Below, one piece after another: positions 63,875 to 64,000 of a stretch of DNA of 64,000 bases (its first letter is position 1; each line of letters starts with the position of its first letter). The DNA is from Saccharolobus solfataricus P2 (GTDB lineage Archaea; Thermoproteota; Thermoprotei_A; Sulfolobales; Sulfolobaceae): the NCBI RefSeq assembly GCF_000007005.1, contig NC_002754.1, one strand, 5' to 3'. The translations under genes and the position numbers were made by a program. A model generated the notes under the pieces. That model did not search any database. It saw only the letters and a program-made list of their open reading frames with translations, and had not been told where the DNA came from.

Positions 63875-64000
63875 TATTTACACCTAATTGTTTAAGTAGA
63901 GCGTTAGCTTGATCTTGAGCGTACATCAAAACTTGTTGCGCTTCAGCTCCAACAGAAGACAACTGTCCAGTAAGTGGCAATAGAGCCCCAATCTTAATAA
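63875..64000 (-). pseudogene. N-terminal part of the split LivK-type substrate-binding gene (continues beyond window)
   Basis: Minus strand reads IKIGALLPLTGQLSSVGAEAQQVLMYAQDQANALLKQLGVN, joining in frame through the TSD to MQVQVVIEDT at 55333. Confidence 0.92.

Overview
Archaeal (Sulfolobales) chromosomal window, almost certainly Saccharolobus (Sulfolobus) solfataricus or a very close relative, recognised from Pat, Sso10a2, cbsAB-soxLN-odsN and exact-length ISC1439 copies. It is a respiration/redox-rich region: a TAT-exported SreA/SoeA-clade molybdoenzyme operon with a divergent NrfD-type anchor, cbsAB-soxLN-odsN, 2-oxoacid:ferredoxin oxidoreductase, a fused EtfBA with FixC/FixX, a non-canonical (ForCE-like) formate dehydrogenase with FdhD, and a sulfite-oxidase-family enzyme. 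Mobile DNA is abundant: two tnpB-only IS200/IS605 elements, two ISC1439, an IS110 nested in an IS256, an ISH3 relic and four MITEs. Most notable: (1) an identical 14-nt motif TCATAAGTCCAACG precedes exactly the three cofactor-bearing cistrons cbsA, soxL and soxN; (2) swapped 9-bp target-site duplications show a 7.1-kb inversion between the two ISC1439 copies that split a liv-type ABC substrate-binding gene; (3) the IS110 relic keeps a bridge-RNA-like left end with guide matches to its own donor junction. No rRNA, tRNA or CRISPR array was found. All family assignments are by eye from motifs, without database searches.
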